Source of the DNA: Paraspadella gotoi
Lineage: Eukaryota > Animalia > Chaetognatha
NCBI GenBank assembly: GCA_051294375.1
Contig: CM119263.1
Span: 1,691,664-1,755,663, forward strand
DNA: 64,000 nt
Reading direction: 5' to 3'
The notes below the pieces were generated by a model that saw only the letters and a program-made list of their open reading frames with translations, ran no database searches and was not told the origin of the DNA. Of the stretch, positions 1 through 15,800 are shown in pieces (position 1 is the stretch's first letter; each line of letters begins with the position of its first letter). Made by a program: the position numbers and the translations under genes.

Positions 1-570
1 TTCCGTTTCTTTCTTCCTTTCCCCTCAATCTCCTTCCTTTCCTCATCTTCCTTTCCTTTCCTTTTCCCTTTCCTTTCCTTTCCTTTCCTTCCTTTCTTTT
101 CCTTTTCTTTTCCTTTCCTATCCTTTCTTTCCTTTCCTGCCGAACTTTGCATTGCTCTTTACCTTCTATGCCTTATCTCTCTCTATTTGCTTTCCACCGA
201 ACTGAGTTTTCGGTTTTAGAATTTTAACCGAGAATTGGAAAAACCATTACTTCGGAAACAGAGTCGTGCATGCGAATCGGGCGTGCGAATCGTGCGTGCG
301 AATTTCGGCGTCGCATGTCAACCAAATTTAAAGTCGCACGTAGACAAAAAGTTATCGTCTTTTTTTTAAAACAAACGTTCGCCAAAGATGAAAATTATAA
401 ATATTTGTTACTACCTTTTATTTTACTTAAGATCTACAACAATATTAAAGCTAAAAATAACAAATTTTACCCCGAGTCCCCGGTCACTCGTTCATTTACA
501 CGAAAGCGTTTCATACGTAAGTAACACGCGACTTGGGAAAATCATACATTAACCATCGCTGCTGGGGATG

Positions 571-693
<123 letters not shown>

Positions 694-2765
694 GGTCGAG
701 TTTCACAAATGGAACATTTATTCATAAGTCAAACACAGGCTTTCCTCTCTTCCTCCGCCGTCGGTATAAATCCCGCATTAAATGCTGAATCACATTCGGG
801 CGACGACTGAGCGTTTGAGCGCGCGTCGTCGCATTGGGGCGTGCGATCTCAGACTGGTGCGTGCGGATCTTCGCATTGGCGCGTGCGCACTCCGATTGGT
901 ACGTGCTGATTATTGCCTTGCTGGGAGAATTTTCCGTTCATTTGTCTTTGGATCGAATGAAATTGTAGACTTCAGTTACTTATATTTTGCACCTCTAGTG
1001 TATATTGACCATCGCACCTCGGATATGCGCTTGACCCATAAACCACGGACCGTCGCACAACCGAACCGCGATCCACGGACCCATCGGACCATCGTCCCAT
1101 GACCCCAACCCAACGCCGCCCCATGGGCAAAGAGACGCTGTTTTCATCGATTTTTTACTAATGACGAAAAATATCGTTGACCTTCGGTTCGCTGAACTTG
1201 AAAGAGGAAGAAGAGGAAAGGGGGGCGTCGATTGGATCAGAGATGAAGTGAGAGGGAAAAGGAAAAAAAATTAGTGAAGATAGAGAACGAATTTGGGAAG
1301 CTAAATCTTAATTGTAGTTTAGAAAAAGTATCGGAAAAAAGTAAAATAATTCATTTAAAAAAACGAAATCAAAAGATCTGAGAAATTAAATAAACTGCTA
1401 CAATATGCAAATGAGATTGAAGAGGTCAAACTCATTTAAGATAAAAGTTATTCTGCTACAAAGCTCTTTCCTATCATTTTCGCAGAGGAAAAAAAAAAAG
1501 ATTCTCAGGATCATGAAAAGGGAAAAGCGGCGATTTGGCAATTTGGGTCAAGGATTTACTTTTATCCCATTTCAAGGGAAACAACCGAAAAATATGGAAG
1601 AAAAAAGATGAAAAAAGAGAGAGAGAGNNNNNNNNNNNNNNNNNNNNNNNNNNNNNNNNNNNNNNNNNNNNNNNNNNNNNNNNNNNNNNNNNNNNNNNNN
1701 NNNNNNNNNNNNNNNNNNNNNNNNNNNNNNNNNNNNNNNNNNNNNNNNNNNNNNNNNNNNNNNNNNNNNNNNNNNNNNNNNNNNNNNNNNNNNNNNNNNN
1801 NNNNNNNNNNNNNNNNNNNNNNNNNNNNNNNNNNNNNNNNNNNNNNNNNNNNNNNNNNNNNNNNNNNNNNNAAAGAGAGATAGAAAGAGAGATAGACAGA
1901 TAGAGAGAGAGCAATAGGAGAAAAAATACGAATGAGAAAGTGAAAAAAAACACCGAAAGAGACAAAATATGAGAGAGAAAAAAAAGGAAAAAAAAAGAAG
2001 GGAGAGATAATGAAAAACAGAAAATAAAACCGAGAAAAGCAGGAGAGAGGAAAAGCAAAGAATCTGATTAAGGTCAAAGGTCAAATCTTCATCTCAAGGT
2101 CGAAAATTTCCGTCTCAAGGATGAGATCTTCGCCATCACGTGACCGGTTGTGAACTCTGACCCCGTTGACCTTTTTCGCTCTCNNNNNNNNNNNNNNNNN
2201 NNNNNNNNNNNNNNNNNNNNNNNNNNNNNNNNNNNNNNNNNNNNNNNNNNNNNNNNNNNNNNNNNNNNNNNNNNNNNNNNNNNNNNNNNNNNNNNNNNNN
2301 NNNNNNNNNNNNNNNNNNNNNNNNNNNNNNNNNNNNNNNNNNNNNNNNNNNNNNNNNNNNNNNNNNNNNNNNNNNNNNNNNNNNNNNNNNNNNNNNNNNN
2401 NNNNNNNNNNNNNNNNNNNNNNNNNNNNNNNNNNNNNNNNNNNNNNNNNNNNNNNNNNAAGAAAGAAAGAAAGAAAAGGAAAGAACGAAATTGCAATTTG
2501 CCTTTTCATTTGTTTTGAATAGCAAAGTCTTTTGTTTGCGTTGGGATTTTTTTTTCTAACTCGACCGAATCCATTTGGCGACGATGGCGCCATAATTGCA
2601 ACGGCGCCTTTAATAAAGGATTAAAAAGGAAGGAAGAAGAGGAAGAGGAAAGAGAGAAAAAGGAAAGGAAGGAAAAAAGAAAAAAGGAGGAAAGTTATCC
2701 GTCGTTATGATTATGACTCACGTTGATTCATGGAATTGGTACCATTGACTNNNNNNNNNNNNNNN

Positions 2766-2800
<35 letters not shown>

Positions 2801-2888
2801 TTTTACTATAGACACGAGGACAGAGTAAACTTTGTCTCCAAATGCGACATTTTCAAGATATAAACGAAAGGTTTCCCACTGGCTAATG

Positions 2889-2928
<40 letters not shown>

Positions 2929-4271
2929 GGTCGTCGTCGTCGTCGTCGTCGTTTGTTTGGATGAGACGGCAATTAGCGGAAGTGACGTGAGCGTCTAAGT
3001 GACGTTCGGCGTGCACGCACACACGTAAACTCCCTGTGTGGTTAAATTTAATTTTTAAAGTTTAAATAAGAAGTAAAGATGATTTATGAATTATTTCAAC
3101 CTTCATAACCTAATTTTTTTTCTTTTCTTTCCTTTCCTTTCCTTTCCTTTCCTTTCCTTTCCTTTTCTTTTCTTTTCTTTTCTTTTCTTTTCTTTTCTTT
3201 CTTTTCTTTTCTTTCTTTTCTTTTCTTTTCTTTTCTTTTCTTTTCTTTTCTTTTCTTTTCTTTTCTTTTCTTTTCTTTTCTTTTCTTTTTTTTCTTTTTC
3301 TTCTTTTATCTAATCTTCTTCAATTTGCCTTCGAGTCACCACGTGATCTCTTTTCCCGCGCAAGCCTCGTTTATCTCTCTCTCTCTTTCTCTCTCTCTCT
3401 TCTCTCTCTCTCTCTTCTCTCTTCTCTCTTCTCTCTCTCTCTCTCTCTCTCTCATCTTCTCCTTTTCCCTCTCTCTCTCTCTCTCCTCGGCGGACAACTG
3501 CTCTTTTTGCTGTTTCCTTGGCAACGCGCAACGACCTCGTCTCCCTTAGCAACGCGTCTTAGCAACGGAACTCGGATCACGCGGTGGACCGTGACGATGA
3601 TTTTCAACGCGATTTCTTCTCTCGATTCTGAGAGTCGAGCGTCTTGCAGAACTTTTCATTGCATTGCAGACACCAATGGGCTCTAGTCAGACTTTTCCTA
3701 ACTTTTTCGTCGTCGGATCGCACGATTATAATAACAAAAATGACTTCTTAACTATGTTGGATAATAATTATAATAAATATCTAAACATGAATCTTGTCTT
3801 TTAAGACGAATCATCATCTTCATCGTCATCGTTTCTCTTCTCTCTTCGTTGTTGTTGTTGTCATTGCGTCGAATTACCGGGAATTCAGAAATGCGTGGGA
3901 GGCGTCATTCGCCGCGAGGAACGATGTTGTTGTCAATTACGGTGAGAATCGTCGTCGTCGTCGTCGTCGTTGTCGTCGTCGTTGTCATCGCCTCAAAGAT
4001 CGTCCCCAGGAGACGTGACACGATTCTTCCTCTTACTTCTTTCCTTTCATTTTCATCATTCGATTCTCGACTCTCGTTCGCCCGTTTACTTTGACCCTCA
4101 ATATTTTCCAATTAATCTTTTTAATTTCCACCTTTTATTTTGACCAATCTACTGATTTTTTCCCTCTCAGCGCTCACCTCTGCCTCTCATCTTCTTGTTC
4201 CCCATTTCAGTCCATCCTCTCCCTCTTCCCATTTAGGTCCTCATTATCTCTATCTCTCTCTCTGATGAGAT

Positions 4272-4303
<32 letters not shown>

Positions 4304-4699
4304 AAGAGAGAGAGAGGAGAGANNNNNNNNNNNNNNNNNNNNNNNNNNNNNNNNNNNNNNNNNNNNNNNNNNNNNNNNNNNNNNNNNNNNNNNNNNNNNN
4401 NNNNNNNNNNNNNNNNNNNNNNNNNNNNNNNNNNNNNNNNNNNNNNNNNNNNNNNNNNNNNNNNNNNNNNNNNNNNNNNNNNNNNNNNNGCTCTTTTTCA
4501 CTTCCGTGAGGTAGGGTTCGGGAGAGATTGGTGAAAGGGTGGGGGAAGTAAGGATTTCAAATTGTGAGAGGGTGAGGTAATGAGTCCAAATGGGTGAGTC
4601 GCTTGGTCGTCCGGTTGTTTATCCAGATTGCGCCGCGTTTTACGAACCGGGAGAAAAGCGCGGGGAGTCGAAAGGGTCCAACGGCTTGGGGTCATGAGA

Positions 4700-5400
4700 G
4701 GCAAGTTTGGAGGGAGGCGATTGGAGTCACTGGATTGAGAGAAAAGGAATAGTAGAAGGTCACAGGAGTGGGTGAGAACGACTGGAGGCCTCTGGAGGAG
4801 AGAAAGAAGTGATGGAAGGTCACAAGGTAGTGGGATGGAGAGCAATGGCTACGGGTCACTGGAGTGACAAAAGGATTGATGAAGGTCACAGGAGCTGGGT
4901 GGAGGCAGGCGATGGAGGTCAGCACTGGAGCATGAAGAAGAGTGATGAAGGTCACAGGAGTGGGTGGAGGAGCGATGGGAGGTCGACTGGAGTGAGACAC
5001 GAGATAGAATCATGGAAGGTCAGCAGGATGGGGGAGGAGCGCTATGGAGGTTTAACCTGATGAGAGAAAGAGCTGAAGGAAGGTCACGGGGAAGTGGGTC
5101 GAAGGAAAACACTAGGAGGTCTACTTCGGAGGTGGGAGAGAAAAGAACTGATGAAGGGTCACAGGAATGGGGTGGGGAAGGAGCGGATGGTGAGGGTGAC
5201 TGGGAGCTGAGGACAGAAAAGATTAGAGTGAAGGGTTCACAGGGAGGTGGTGGCAGAGCGCGAAGGAGTAACTGGAGTGACGAGAAAGGATGAATGAATG
5301 GTCAACCAGGAGTGCGCTGAAGAAAACAAGTGAGGTCAGCTGGAGTGAGAGGAGAAGAAATGATGCAACGGTCACAGGAGTGGGTTGGAGGGAACGAATG
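4700..5400. repeat. Degenerate minisatellite (~65-bp unit, GAAGGTCACAGGAGTGGG core)
   Basis: GAAGGTCACAGGAG and GGTCACTGGAGTGA motifs recur about ten times. Confidence 0.7.
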
Positions 5401-6757
5401 GAGTATCAAAGTGGACGGAGAATTGAATGATAAATAATGTGCCAAATTATCGATAGCATAAAGAATTGTTAGGTTGGGATGGAAGATTAAGGTCAGAGCA
5501 AATTCCTGCCATCTGGAGAAAATATCAGTAGGTAAGTCTTAAGAAAATGTCGAGTGAGTCAGATGTATAATGAGGTGAGGTTTCGGTCAATGATGTCGCA
5601 GAAAACGGGAAAAGGAGTCGGTTGAATTTGGATGCGATGATTTGGAGATTGTCATCGTGAAAATGTCACGGATGAATTGTGATAAACCGTGAAGGAAATG
5701 AATATGAAGAAAAGTCTGTGGAGTTAATAGTTTTTGCTGTTGTTGTTGTGGATTTGGTGGTGAAATAAAAAAAAAACACCTGATGAAAAAAATAGGCAGG
5801 CAACAATCGAGCAAGAGGTTAGGCAGTTGCAGTCTGATTCCAAAGACACTGAAGAAAAGGGAAATGGGGAGAAGAAGGAGGAAGAGGAGGAAGAGGAAGA
5901 GGAGGAGGAGGAGAAGCTTGGCGAAAACTGAAGAAAACATCGGCGAAAAAAGGAATTGGGTAAACGAGAAAGTAATTAAGATCCTTAGGACTTCAGGTGA
6001 TCCCATTGGATAATGAGCCTTCATTATCAAAACAGAATTCCGCCCTTAGGAGATTCTCATTAGGGTTACATTAGGACAAGCTTTTGAGTATGAAATGTAG
6101 CTATCAATGTGGTACCGATGAGCATTAAATATTTTCGTTTACGCGTCGTCAAGGTTACGAAATTGCGAGTCCGTGCTTTTCAACTGAGTTTTGGGCGATA
6201 AAATTTACGCGATTAATAATAATATGTCTTTCAAATTAATTAAAATTAATTAAAATTTGGCGAAGCTGAACTCGGACGTCAACAACTCGAAAGTCTTGAC
6301 GTCGAACTCATTTCCGAAACAAAACAAAAAAAAAACCGGAATTAAAAAATAAAAATGGCAATTTTGGCGCCTTAATTAAAATTCGTGTCGCCGACAGAGC
6401 GACGACGGCGGCGCGGTCGCACGCCGACGCACTCCGCCGTCGACGCCGCCGAGCCGCTCAGTTTTTCTCCCTCCATAAACCACAACGACGTCCATTAAAA
6501 TCTCCAAATTTTCCTCGTTTTTGTGAAGGAAGCGAATTTTTCGGGGTTTCGTCGTTTCGGCGGCGGCGGCAGCGGCAGCGGCAGCGGTGGCGGCGGCAGC
6601 GGTGGGCGAAAAACGCCGAATAGTTCCGCTAAAGCGGCGCCATGGTTCGGCTAAAACGCTGCCAAAGTGAAACGAAAATTTAGAAACTTCAATTTCGGCA
6701 AACGTCAATTGTTATGTCCTCACCCATTCGAGGAAAAGAGGGGCTTGACGAGTGGGA

Positions 6758-6798
<41 letters not shown>

Positions 6799-7837
6799 CA
6801 ACAGCCAACGGAAAATTCCGGGAAATCTTTTCAATCGAAGTTTTTATGACTTCATTAAATGAGGGAAGGATTTTAGGAAGAGAGAGGAAGAGAAAAAAAA
6901 GGTAATGAAAAGAAGAAAAAAAAAAAGAAAACGATGACGAAGACGACGACGATGATGACGACGAAGACAACGACGACAACGACGCATTTTTCATCTCAAC
7001 GAATCGGTTTTTATTCCCCAAAGTAAACTAATTTTATTTCGCGCGACTTTTTTTTTCATTCGACTTTTCGCGTGGGCGGTCCGACGCCGGCGGAGGGGGA
7101 CGTTGAAGGGGTATTGCCTCAGGCTGTCGGGGATGTTGAAGGGGTTCCAAAGACCATTCGGGGTCAGACCGGGGTCTCGCTAGCCTGAGGGGAGTCAATA
7201 TGACAGCAGGAGGCGGTTGAGTAAGCAAAGAGGACGTTGGGAAATGTTAAAAATAGGCTATTTTATTATTTGATAACGATTTCTCTCTCTCTCTTACGTT
7301 ATCCTCTTCCGCTCTCACTATTATTATTATATTAGTCATAGTATTTAACTTTGGCCAAAATAAAGCAGATCAATTCTATTCTTCTGTATTATTATGTTTT
7401 ATAAAGAGAAGAACTTGTGCATATCAAAATTTCTGTCGGAAACAGAATGAAAAGACATTATGCTAGAGAGTCGGTAGTTACATGCAATGAGCAGACCGAT
7501 TGATCTGACCGACGGACTAGAGAGGGTGCAGAGGAGATATGAGAGAGAGGACGAGAAAGAGGAACGGAGAGGATGATAGATTGGAGTGGACGGAGAGAGA
7601 CTGAGAACGAGAACAGAATGATGAGAGAGACGGAGAAGAAGATTGACGGACATGTAGATGATGAGGGAGAGAGAGAGAGAGAAGAGAAGGAGAGAGAGAG
7701 AAGAGAGAGTGGTTGGCTGCAATTTATTGTAAGTTCGTCAGATTGAAACGATAAAGTCGGATTGAACAAAATCAGAGGCAAAACAGAAAAATTACGAAAT
7801 ATGAATTTGAGATTCTTTTCGAGAGAAGAGAAGGCAT

Positions 7838-7881
<44 letters not shown>

Positions 7882-8780
7882 CAGAGAGAGAGAGAGAAGA
7901 GAGGAGCTCGACGAAGACGAGCNNNNNNNNNNNNNNNNNNNNNNNNNAATAATAATAATAACTTGATAATATAAATAAGAGATAATCGGGAAGAAATGCT
8001 ACGAGTCCTTGGGGAAATGATTTATGCCTTTGTCAATAANNNNNNNNNNNNNNNNNNNNNNNNNNNNNNNNNNNNNNNNNNNNNNNNNNNNNNNNNNNNN
8101 NNNNNNNNNNNNNNNNNNNNNNNNNNNNNNNNNNNNNNNNNNNNNNNNNNNNNNNNNNNNNNNNNNNNNNNNNNNNNNNNNNNNNNNNNNNNNNNNNNNN
8201 NNNNNNNNNNNNNNNNNNNNNNNNNNNNNNNNNNNNNNNNNNNNNNNNNNNNNNNTCGGGTGATCACGTGACCAGCAAGAGTCCAGCCAACTTTGTCAAC
8301 CAATCGGAGGTCGTGATTCACTCAGAGTTTTAGCCAATCAGATGTCACTCTTAAATTCCTCGTCCCGGTTCTCATCGCGTCGGCACAGTGGTCCAAAAGT
8401 CTAGAGATCAGCTGATCGGTAGAGGATGATGTTGATATTTGAAGGTTTAATTTGATTATTTAAAAATAAAACTAAATTGTAATTGTCAGGACACTTAGAC
8501 AGACGCTAATTATTTATAAAGGAAACTGTTACAATCTTCTGCCCAACAATATACACCGAACTTTTTTTCCCTCTTTTTCTTTTGGAGGAAAATCGATTTC
8601 AAGGTTCTTTTTTTTCTGTATGCAAATGAGATTATTGACATTCGAGTTGATCGATCGATCGCGAGAGAGAGGGAGAGANNNNNNNNNNNNNNNNNNNNNN
8701 NNNNNNNNNNNNNNNNNNNNNNNNNNNNNNNNNNNNNNNNNNNNNNNNNNNNNNNNNNNNNNNNNNNNNNNNNNNNNNNN

Positions 8781-8814
<34 letters not shown>

Positions 8815-9410
8815 TCTGCGGTCGATTGTTTGTTCTTCTTCTTCGGCAAGGGACGCAACGACCTCGGGTCATTGGTGGCCTTCATATCACAACTATCACT
8901 ATCACTACTATCTTCGCTCTTCTGACATTTCTCTTTCTCTTTGTCACCCTTGCTCCTGTACTTTTTTTATTATACAATATACATACCCCAAAAATAAATC
9001 TTTGATAAGAATTAAATTAGATTTAATCGACAAAAAGAAGGGAAGTTTGTCGAGCGTAGACTTCAAATCTCGATTATCCAGCCATAACGGATCATGTCCT
9101 ACTTATGAAGAAAGTAAAACTGATATAATATCAAATGATATAACATAAATAGATTTAAGATTTATTTAAAACATATCTAACTAAAATTGAGATTAACAAG
9201 TCATTTTTACAATGTTCATAATAATATTTTAAAAAAAACGGTTTTCGTCGTTCTGTCCAACTGTCCGGCTGTCCGGCTAATCCTTTTTTTTTCATTAAAG
9301 TTTTCCTTCCTCCTCTTCCTCATCCCTCCCCTCCTCCCCTTCCCTCTTCCCCTCCCCCTACTCCTCCCCCTTCTCCCCTCTTCCCCTCCCCCTTCCTTCC
9401 CCTCTCTCAG

Positions 9411-9657
9411 GCATTCCTCCCTACAAAGTCAACCGAATGTTGAAAGGACTTCCCCTTCACGCGGCGCCGCCTTCGGTGACGCCGCCCCACCACGGCGCCG
9501 CCATAATGCAGATGGCGCCATCCCCTCACCCCGGCGCCGCTTTGGTTTCCATGGCGACGCCGACGTCACCGTCGGGATCGTCGTTCGGCGCAGCGTCGCC
9601 GCACGGCAGCGCCGGTTCGTCAATCGGTCACACTTCGCCCGAACAGGTAGATATTTA

Positions 9658-9704
<47 letters not shown>

Positions 9705-9715
9705 GTATCTGTCTG

Positions 9716-9792
<77 letters not shown>

Positions 9793-12489
9793 ATCTATAT
9801 CTATATCTATCTATCTATCTATCTCTTTTCATGGGCGATTATCTTTTGTCTATTTCATACCGTTAAACTTTCTTTTCGCCATGAGGGTCTTTACTCAGAA
9901 AGCTTTGTTAGCTTCTATCTGTCTATCCGTACACGTAACTCCCGAGTCCGTACAACTGTCCGTACAACTTTTCCTCGCTTCGCCCTCCCTCCTTCCCTCC
10001 CTTCCCTCTCCACCCCCCTCAACTAAAAGAACCACGACGAGCTCTCTCCTTCCGGCTTCGGCACCTCCGGTCGCTCCTCAGACCGGAATCCGGCGCCGAC
10101 GACGTTGGCCACGCCTCTTTCCGGCGCCGCGACCCAAATCCCTCACTCGCCCAACATCCCGACGCCTCCGATCTCGTCGTCGGCGGCGGCGGAATTCGGC
10201 GGCATCACTTACGTTCACGGTGAGGACGATGATGACGACGACGATGATGATGACGATGATGACGACGNNNNNNNNNNNNNNNNNNNNNNNNNNNNNNNNN
10301 NNNNNNNNNNNNNNNNNNNNNNNNNNNNNNNNNNNNNNNNNNNNNNNNNNNNNNNNNNNNNNNNNNNNNNNNNNNNNNNNNNNNNNNNNNNNNNNNNNNN
10401 NNNNNNNNNNNNNNNNNNNNNNNNNNNNNNNNNNNNNNNNNNNNNNNNNNNNNNNNNNNNNNNNNNNNNNNNNNNNNNNNNNNNNNNNNNNNNNNNNNNN
10501 NNNNNNNNNNNNNNNNNNNNNNNNNNNNNNNNNNNNNNNNNNNNNNNNNNNNNNNNNNNNNNNNNNNNNNNNNNNNNNNNNNNNNNNNNNNNNNNNNNNN
10601 NNNNNNNNNNNNNNNNNNNNNNNNNNNNNNNNNNNNNNNNNNNNNNNNNNNNNCCTCCTCCTCCTCCTCCTCCTCTTCCTCCTCTTCTTCCTCCTCCTCG
10701 AAGACGAGTCGTCACTCGCCCACGATTCCCGCTCTCACGCCAGTCTCCACGGGTGAGTTTGATTTTGATTGATTGAGTGATTGATTGCTCGATTGCTTGA
10801 TTGCTTGATTGATTGATTGATTGACTGATTGATTGATCGATTGATTGATTATTCTATCGATTTATTCTTTCCCTCCTCTTTTACAGACGGCGGGTCTTCC
10901 ACCCCCAACATTTCCCCTAACCCCCCCGGCACGCCCTCCAACCCCATCACGGTTTCTCCAGCGGGCAACCACGGTCAAGCGTCTCCTCAGCAGCAGCTTC
11001 CGTCGCCGAAGATCAGCGCCTCAGAATCCGACGCGTCGTCGCAGCAGCAGCAGCAGCAGACCAACTCCACCGGTGACTTTTCTTTCGTCGAGCAAGAATA
11101 CATTTTAAATATATAACAATTTTTGAGTAAGACATGGAATACATTTTAAATATATATGACTTTTTGAATAAGACATTGAATACATTTTAAATATACGGGC
11201 TTAAGAAATACGCCATTGAATACGGCATTTGGAATGGGTGAGTGGAATTCTAAAAGCATCGACGAAAATATCTTCAAAATTCAATGCAAAAAGTAGATAT
11301 AATTATAAACTACAAATCTATGAGAATTTAAATATTACAATTTTAAACTTATACCTTAAGTTTTTTACTTTTTTTTCCTCTTCAGTTTGCGTGTACGTGA
11401 ATCACTCGTGCCAATGCGGTCCTTTTCTCAACCCGCGCAAAGTTGCCACCCTACCATCAAGGGTAAGTCTGTCAAACTGTCACATTCACTTCTGTCATTA
11501 CTTATCACCCCTGTCACCTCTCTCATTCACCTCTGTCATTACTTATCACCCCATTTCACCTCTCTCATTCTCACTCCATCACAGTTCGGACCCTCCTCCC
11601 TTCACCGCGTCCTGCGAGAGGCCGTCCAAGCGATCGTCGACTGCGCCTACCAAGAGAAGGCCGTCTTCAGTCATTTGCGACAGGGGAATGGGAGAGTCGT
11701 CATTACGGGTCAGTTCTTTCACATTATGGGTCGGAATTGGGTTAAGAAAGAACTGTCAGCGTGGAGAGAAAGAAATTTTTAAAATTATTTAAATTATTTA
11801 AAACTTTAGACATTAGCAAACCTGTGATTTCCTCGGTTAATAACAACTGCAATGAGGTTTAAAAGTCAGAAAGAATGGATTTCCATNNNNNNNNNNNNNN
11901 NNNNNNNNNNNNNNNNNNNNNNNNNNNNNNNNNNNNNNNNNNNNNNNNNNNNNNNNNNNNNNNNNNNNNNNNNNNNNNNNNNNNNNNNNNNNNNNNNNNN
12001 NNNNNNNNNNNNNNNNNNNNNNNNNNNNNNNNNNNNNNNNNNNNNNNNNNNNNNNNNNNNNNNNNNNNNNNNNNNNNNNNNNNNNNNNNNNNNNNNNNNN
12101 NNNNNNNNNNNNNNNNNNNNNNNNNNNNNNNNNNNNNNNNNNNNNNNNNNNNNNNNNNNNNNNNNNNNNNNNNGCAGCGACGGCCAACTCGAAGACCCTG
12201 ACGTGCCGCTTGGCGCCCGTGGACAAAGTCTCCTCCTTCTGGGGATTCCTCGAGTCTCTCTTCGACGACATGATGTGCTGCGACAGCTTCTTCTCGTCCC
12301 AGCCGCAGCCCGACGCAGCATGCGGGAAGTGCAAGCAGCTGAAGAGGGCGGCCTCGGGTGAGGGGGATGATGATGATGATTGTGATGATTGAAGACGATC
12401 ATGATTGTGATGATTGAAGATGATAATGACTTAAAGGATGATTGAAAACGACGATGATGATCGATTTTGTTGAAGATGATAATGATGAT

Positions 12490-12521
<32 letters not shown>

Positions 12522-12838
12522 NNNNNNNNNNNNNNNNNNNNNNNNNNNNNNNNNNNNNNNNNNNNNNNNNNNNNNNNNNNNNNNNNNNNNNNNNNNNNNN
12601 NNNNNNNNNNNNNNNNNNNNNNNNNNNNNNNNNNNNNNNNNNNNNNNNNNNNNNNNNNNNNNNNNNNNNNNNNNNNNNNNNNNNNNNNNNNNNNNNNNNN
12701 NNNNNNNNNNNNNNNNNNNNNNNNNNNNNNNNNNNNNNNNNNNNNNNNNNNNNNNNNNNNNNNNNNNNNNNNNNNNNNNNNNNTGATGATGATTATGACG
12801 ATGATGACTGAAATGATTATTGATGATGATGCTGATTT

Positions 12839-12874
<36 letters not shown>

Positions 12875-15800
12875 NNNNNNNNNNNNNNNNNNNNNNNNNA
12901 AGAAGGAGATACTCCACCTGACTCCCCCACCACAAACCACACACCACAACCGAAGGTTTCGGTCTCCCACGACCCACCACGGATCCTCCCGCCCACAACA
13001 GCTACACTCGTCCTCCTCCTCCTCCTCCTCTCTCTTCCTCACTACTTCTCCTCCTCCTCGAAGACGAGTCGTCACTCGCCACGATTCCCGCTCTCAGGAG
13101 GCCAGTCTCCACGGGTGAGTTTGATTTTGATTGATTGAGTGATTGAATGCTCGATTGCTGAATTGCTGTATTGATTGATTTGATTGACTGATTGATTGAT
13201 CGATGATTGATTATTCTATCGATTTAATTCTTCCCGTCCTCTTTTACAGACGGCGGATCTTCCACCCCCAAACATTTCACTAACCCCCCCGCCACGCCCT
13301 CCACATCACGGTTTCTCCAGCGGCAACCCCACGGTCAAGCGTCTCCTCAGCAGCAGCTTCCCGTCGCCGAAGATCAGACGCCTCAGAATCCGACCACGTT
13401 CGTCGCAGGCAGCAGCAAAGCAGCAGACCAACTCCACCGGTGACTTTTCTTTCGTCGAAGCAAGAATACATTTAAATATAGTAACAATTTGAAGTAAGAC
13501 AATTGAATACATTTTAAATATATATGACTTTTTGAATAAGACATTAATACATTTTAAATATATACAACTTTTTGAATAAGACATTGAATACATTTTAATA
13601 TACGGCTTAAAGAAATACGACATTGAATAGGCATTTGAAATGTTGTGGGTGGAATCAAAAAGTTTACTATAAAGAGCATCGACGAAAATATCTTCAAAAT
13701 CAATGCAAAAAGTAGAATATAAAATATAAACTACAAAATCTATGAGAATTTAAATATTACATTTTAAACTTATACGCATAAGTTTTTTACTTTTTTCCTC
13801 ATCAGTTTGCGTGTACGTGAATCACTCCGTGCAGATAGCGGTCCTTTTCTCAAAACCCGCGCAAAGTGCCACCCTACCGTCAAGGGGTAAGTCTGTCAAA
13901 CTGTCCACATCATTCTGTCATTACTTATCACCCTGCCACCTCTCTCATTACTTATCACCGCCATGTCACCGTCTCTCATTCTCACATGCCATCACAAGTT
14001 TCGGACTGCCTCATCCCTTCCCGCGTCTGCGAGAGGCCGTCACAAGCGATCGTCGAACTGCCCTACCAAGAAGAAGGCCGTCTTCAGTCATTTGCGACAG
14101 GGGAATGGGAGACGGTCGTCATTAACGGGTCAGTTCTTTTCATATTATGGATCGGAAATTGGGTTAAGAAAGAACTGTCAGCGTGGCGAGAAAGAAAGGT
14201 TTATGACGTTTGAAAATATTTAAAACTTTAGACATTAGCAAAAACCCTGTGATTTTTCCTACGGTTAATAACAACTGCAAATGAGGTTTTTAAAAGTCAG
14301 AAAGAATGGATTTCCATTATCCATTAAAAATTGGAGAGCCGTAATGTTCAAGTTAATTGTCTGGAATCCAGTAATTTTGGAAATAGTTAATCGGAGGACA
14401 ACCCCTTTTTTTGGGTTCCTAAACCTTCTTTATCCATTGATAAAGTCATTTTGGCCTCTCTCTCTTCTTGTCTTTTCTCTTTCCTCTCTCCTCTCTCTCT
14501 ATCTCTCTCTCTCTCTCTCCTCTCTCTCTCTACTCGTCTCTCTCTCTCTCTCTGTCTCTCTCCTCAACTGACTCCTAACCAAATCTCTCTTCTCCTCCGC
14601 CGGGCAGCGAAGCGGCCAACTCGAAGACCACTGACGTGCCGCTTGGCGCCCAGTGGACAAAGTCTCCTCCTTCTGGATTCACTCGAGTCTCTCTTCGACA
14701 CATGATGTTGCTTGCGACAGCTTCTTCCTCCTCCCAGCCGCAGCCCGACGGCAGCATGCGGGAAGTGCAAGCAGCTGAAAGGGCGCGTTCGGGTTGAGGG
14801 GGGGATGATGATGATGATGATGATGATGAATGATGATGATGATGATGATGATGATATGATGATGATGAGGTGATGATGATATTGATAGATGAGATCGATG
14901 ATGATGATATGATTTGATTTCGATGACGATAACGATCCGTTCCGCTTCCCTTTTGTTTTCAAAGAAGAATCAATGATCGTTCGAAGCGCCATCTGTCGGG
15001 CGGCGACAAACACAAGCGCGCTGGTCGAAACGACACGGTGACGGCCCAACCGGTCGACGCCGCCCAAAATCGGCGTCCGTGGGCGAAGGCGTTCACTCAG
15101 TCGCCGGAGGAAGGGAGAGAGAGTATGAACGGGACCCCCGCCCGCCGAAACATCAATAAGAAGACATAAGAAACCACTCGAGTCATTCCATCGGACAACG
15201 GAAGGGTCAAGAGAGAAACACTTTTATTATTTATTTTATGCTCTAATCAATTTTACTAATATATTTTTTAAGCCTATATTTTTTTAACCACAATTGTACA
15301 ATTAAAGAAAAAAAAATGACTAAAATTTTATATAATCGTTACGGCTTGAATTTCATTTGCATACTTTCATATGCTACTTTTTTAAATTGCCAGTATGTTC
15401 TTAGACGAACCAATTTTTCCAGATATTAAACTTTATTACCATATTATAAAATTAATTGTAATTTAAAATACAACTTCTCGTGACCTTCAGGCCACACCTC
15501 TCGTCCGGCGGCCACACCCGCTAGCCACTCCCGCGGACGGCAAGCACCGCTTCCGGCAAGCGGACCGTGAATCACCACAAAGCGTCGCCCCACGAATCCT
15601 CGCATCTCCCCGCTTGCCTCAGCCCGCTTTCAGCCGCCTCCCGCCGCCGTCTCAGCCGCATCGGCAGCAGCTTCCCCGTCCGCGGCGTTACTCGCACGTA
15701 AGAAGACGCCTGCACTTGGTCGATCGAAGACGTTGATGCGCCACGTGGGAGAGGCGGACGCGGCTTTTGGGGGCGCACGTGGAACTCTTTAGGAAACATG

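Noticed and set aside
6376-7228. CpG-rich ORFs as Scm 5' exons or promoter
   Set aside because: Dominated by GCG/GAC trinucleotide repeats, with no supportable splice link or motif.
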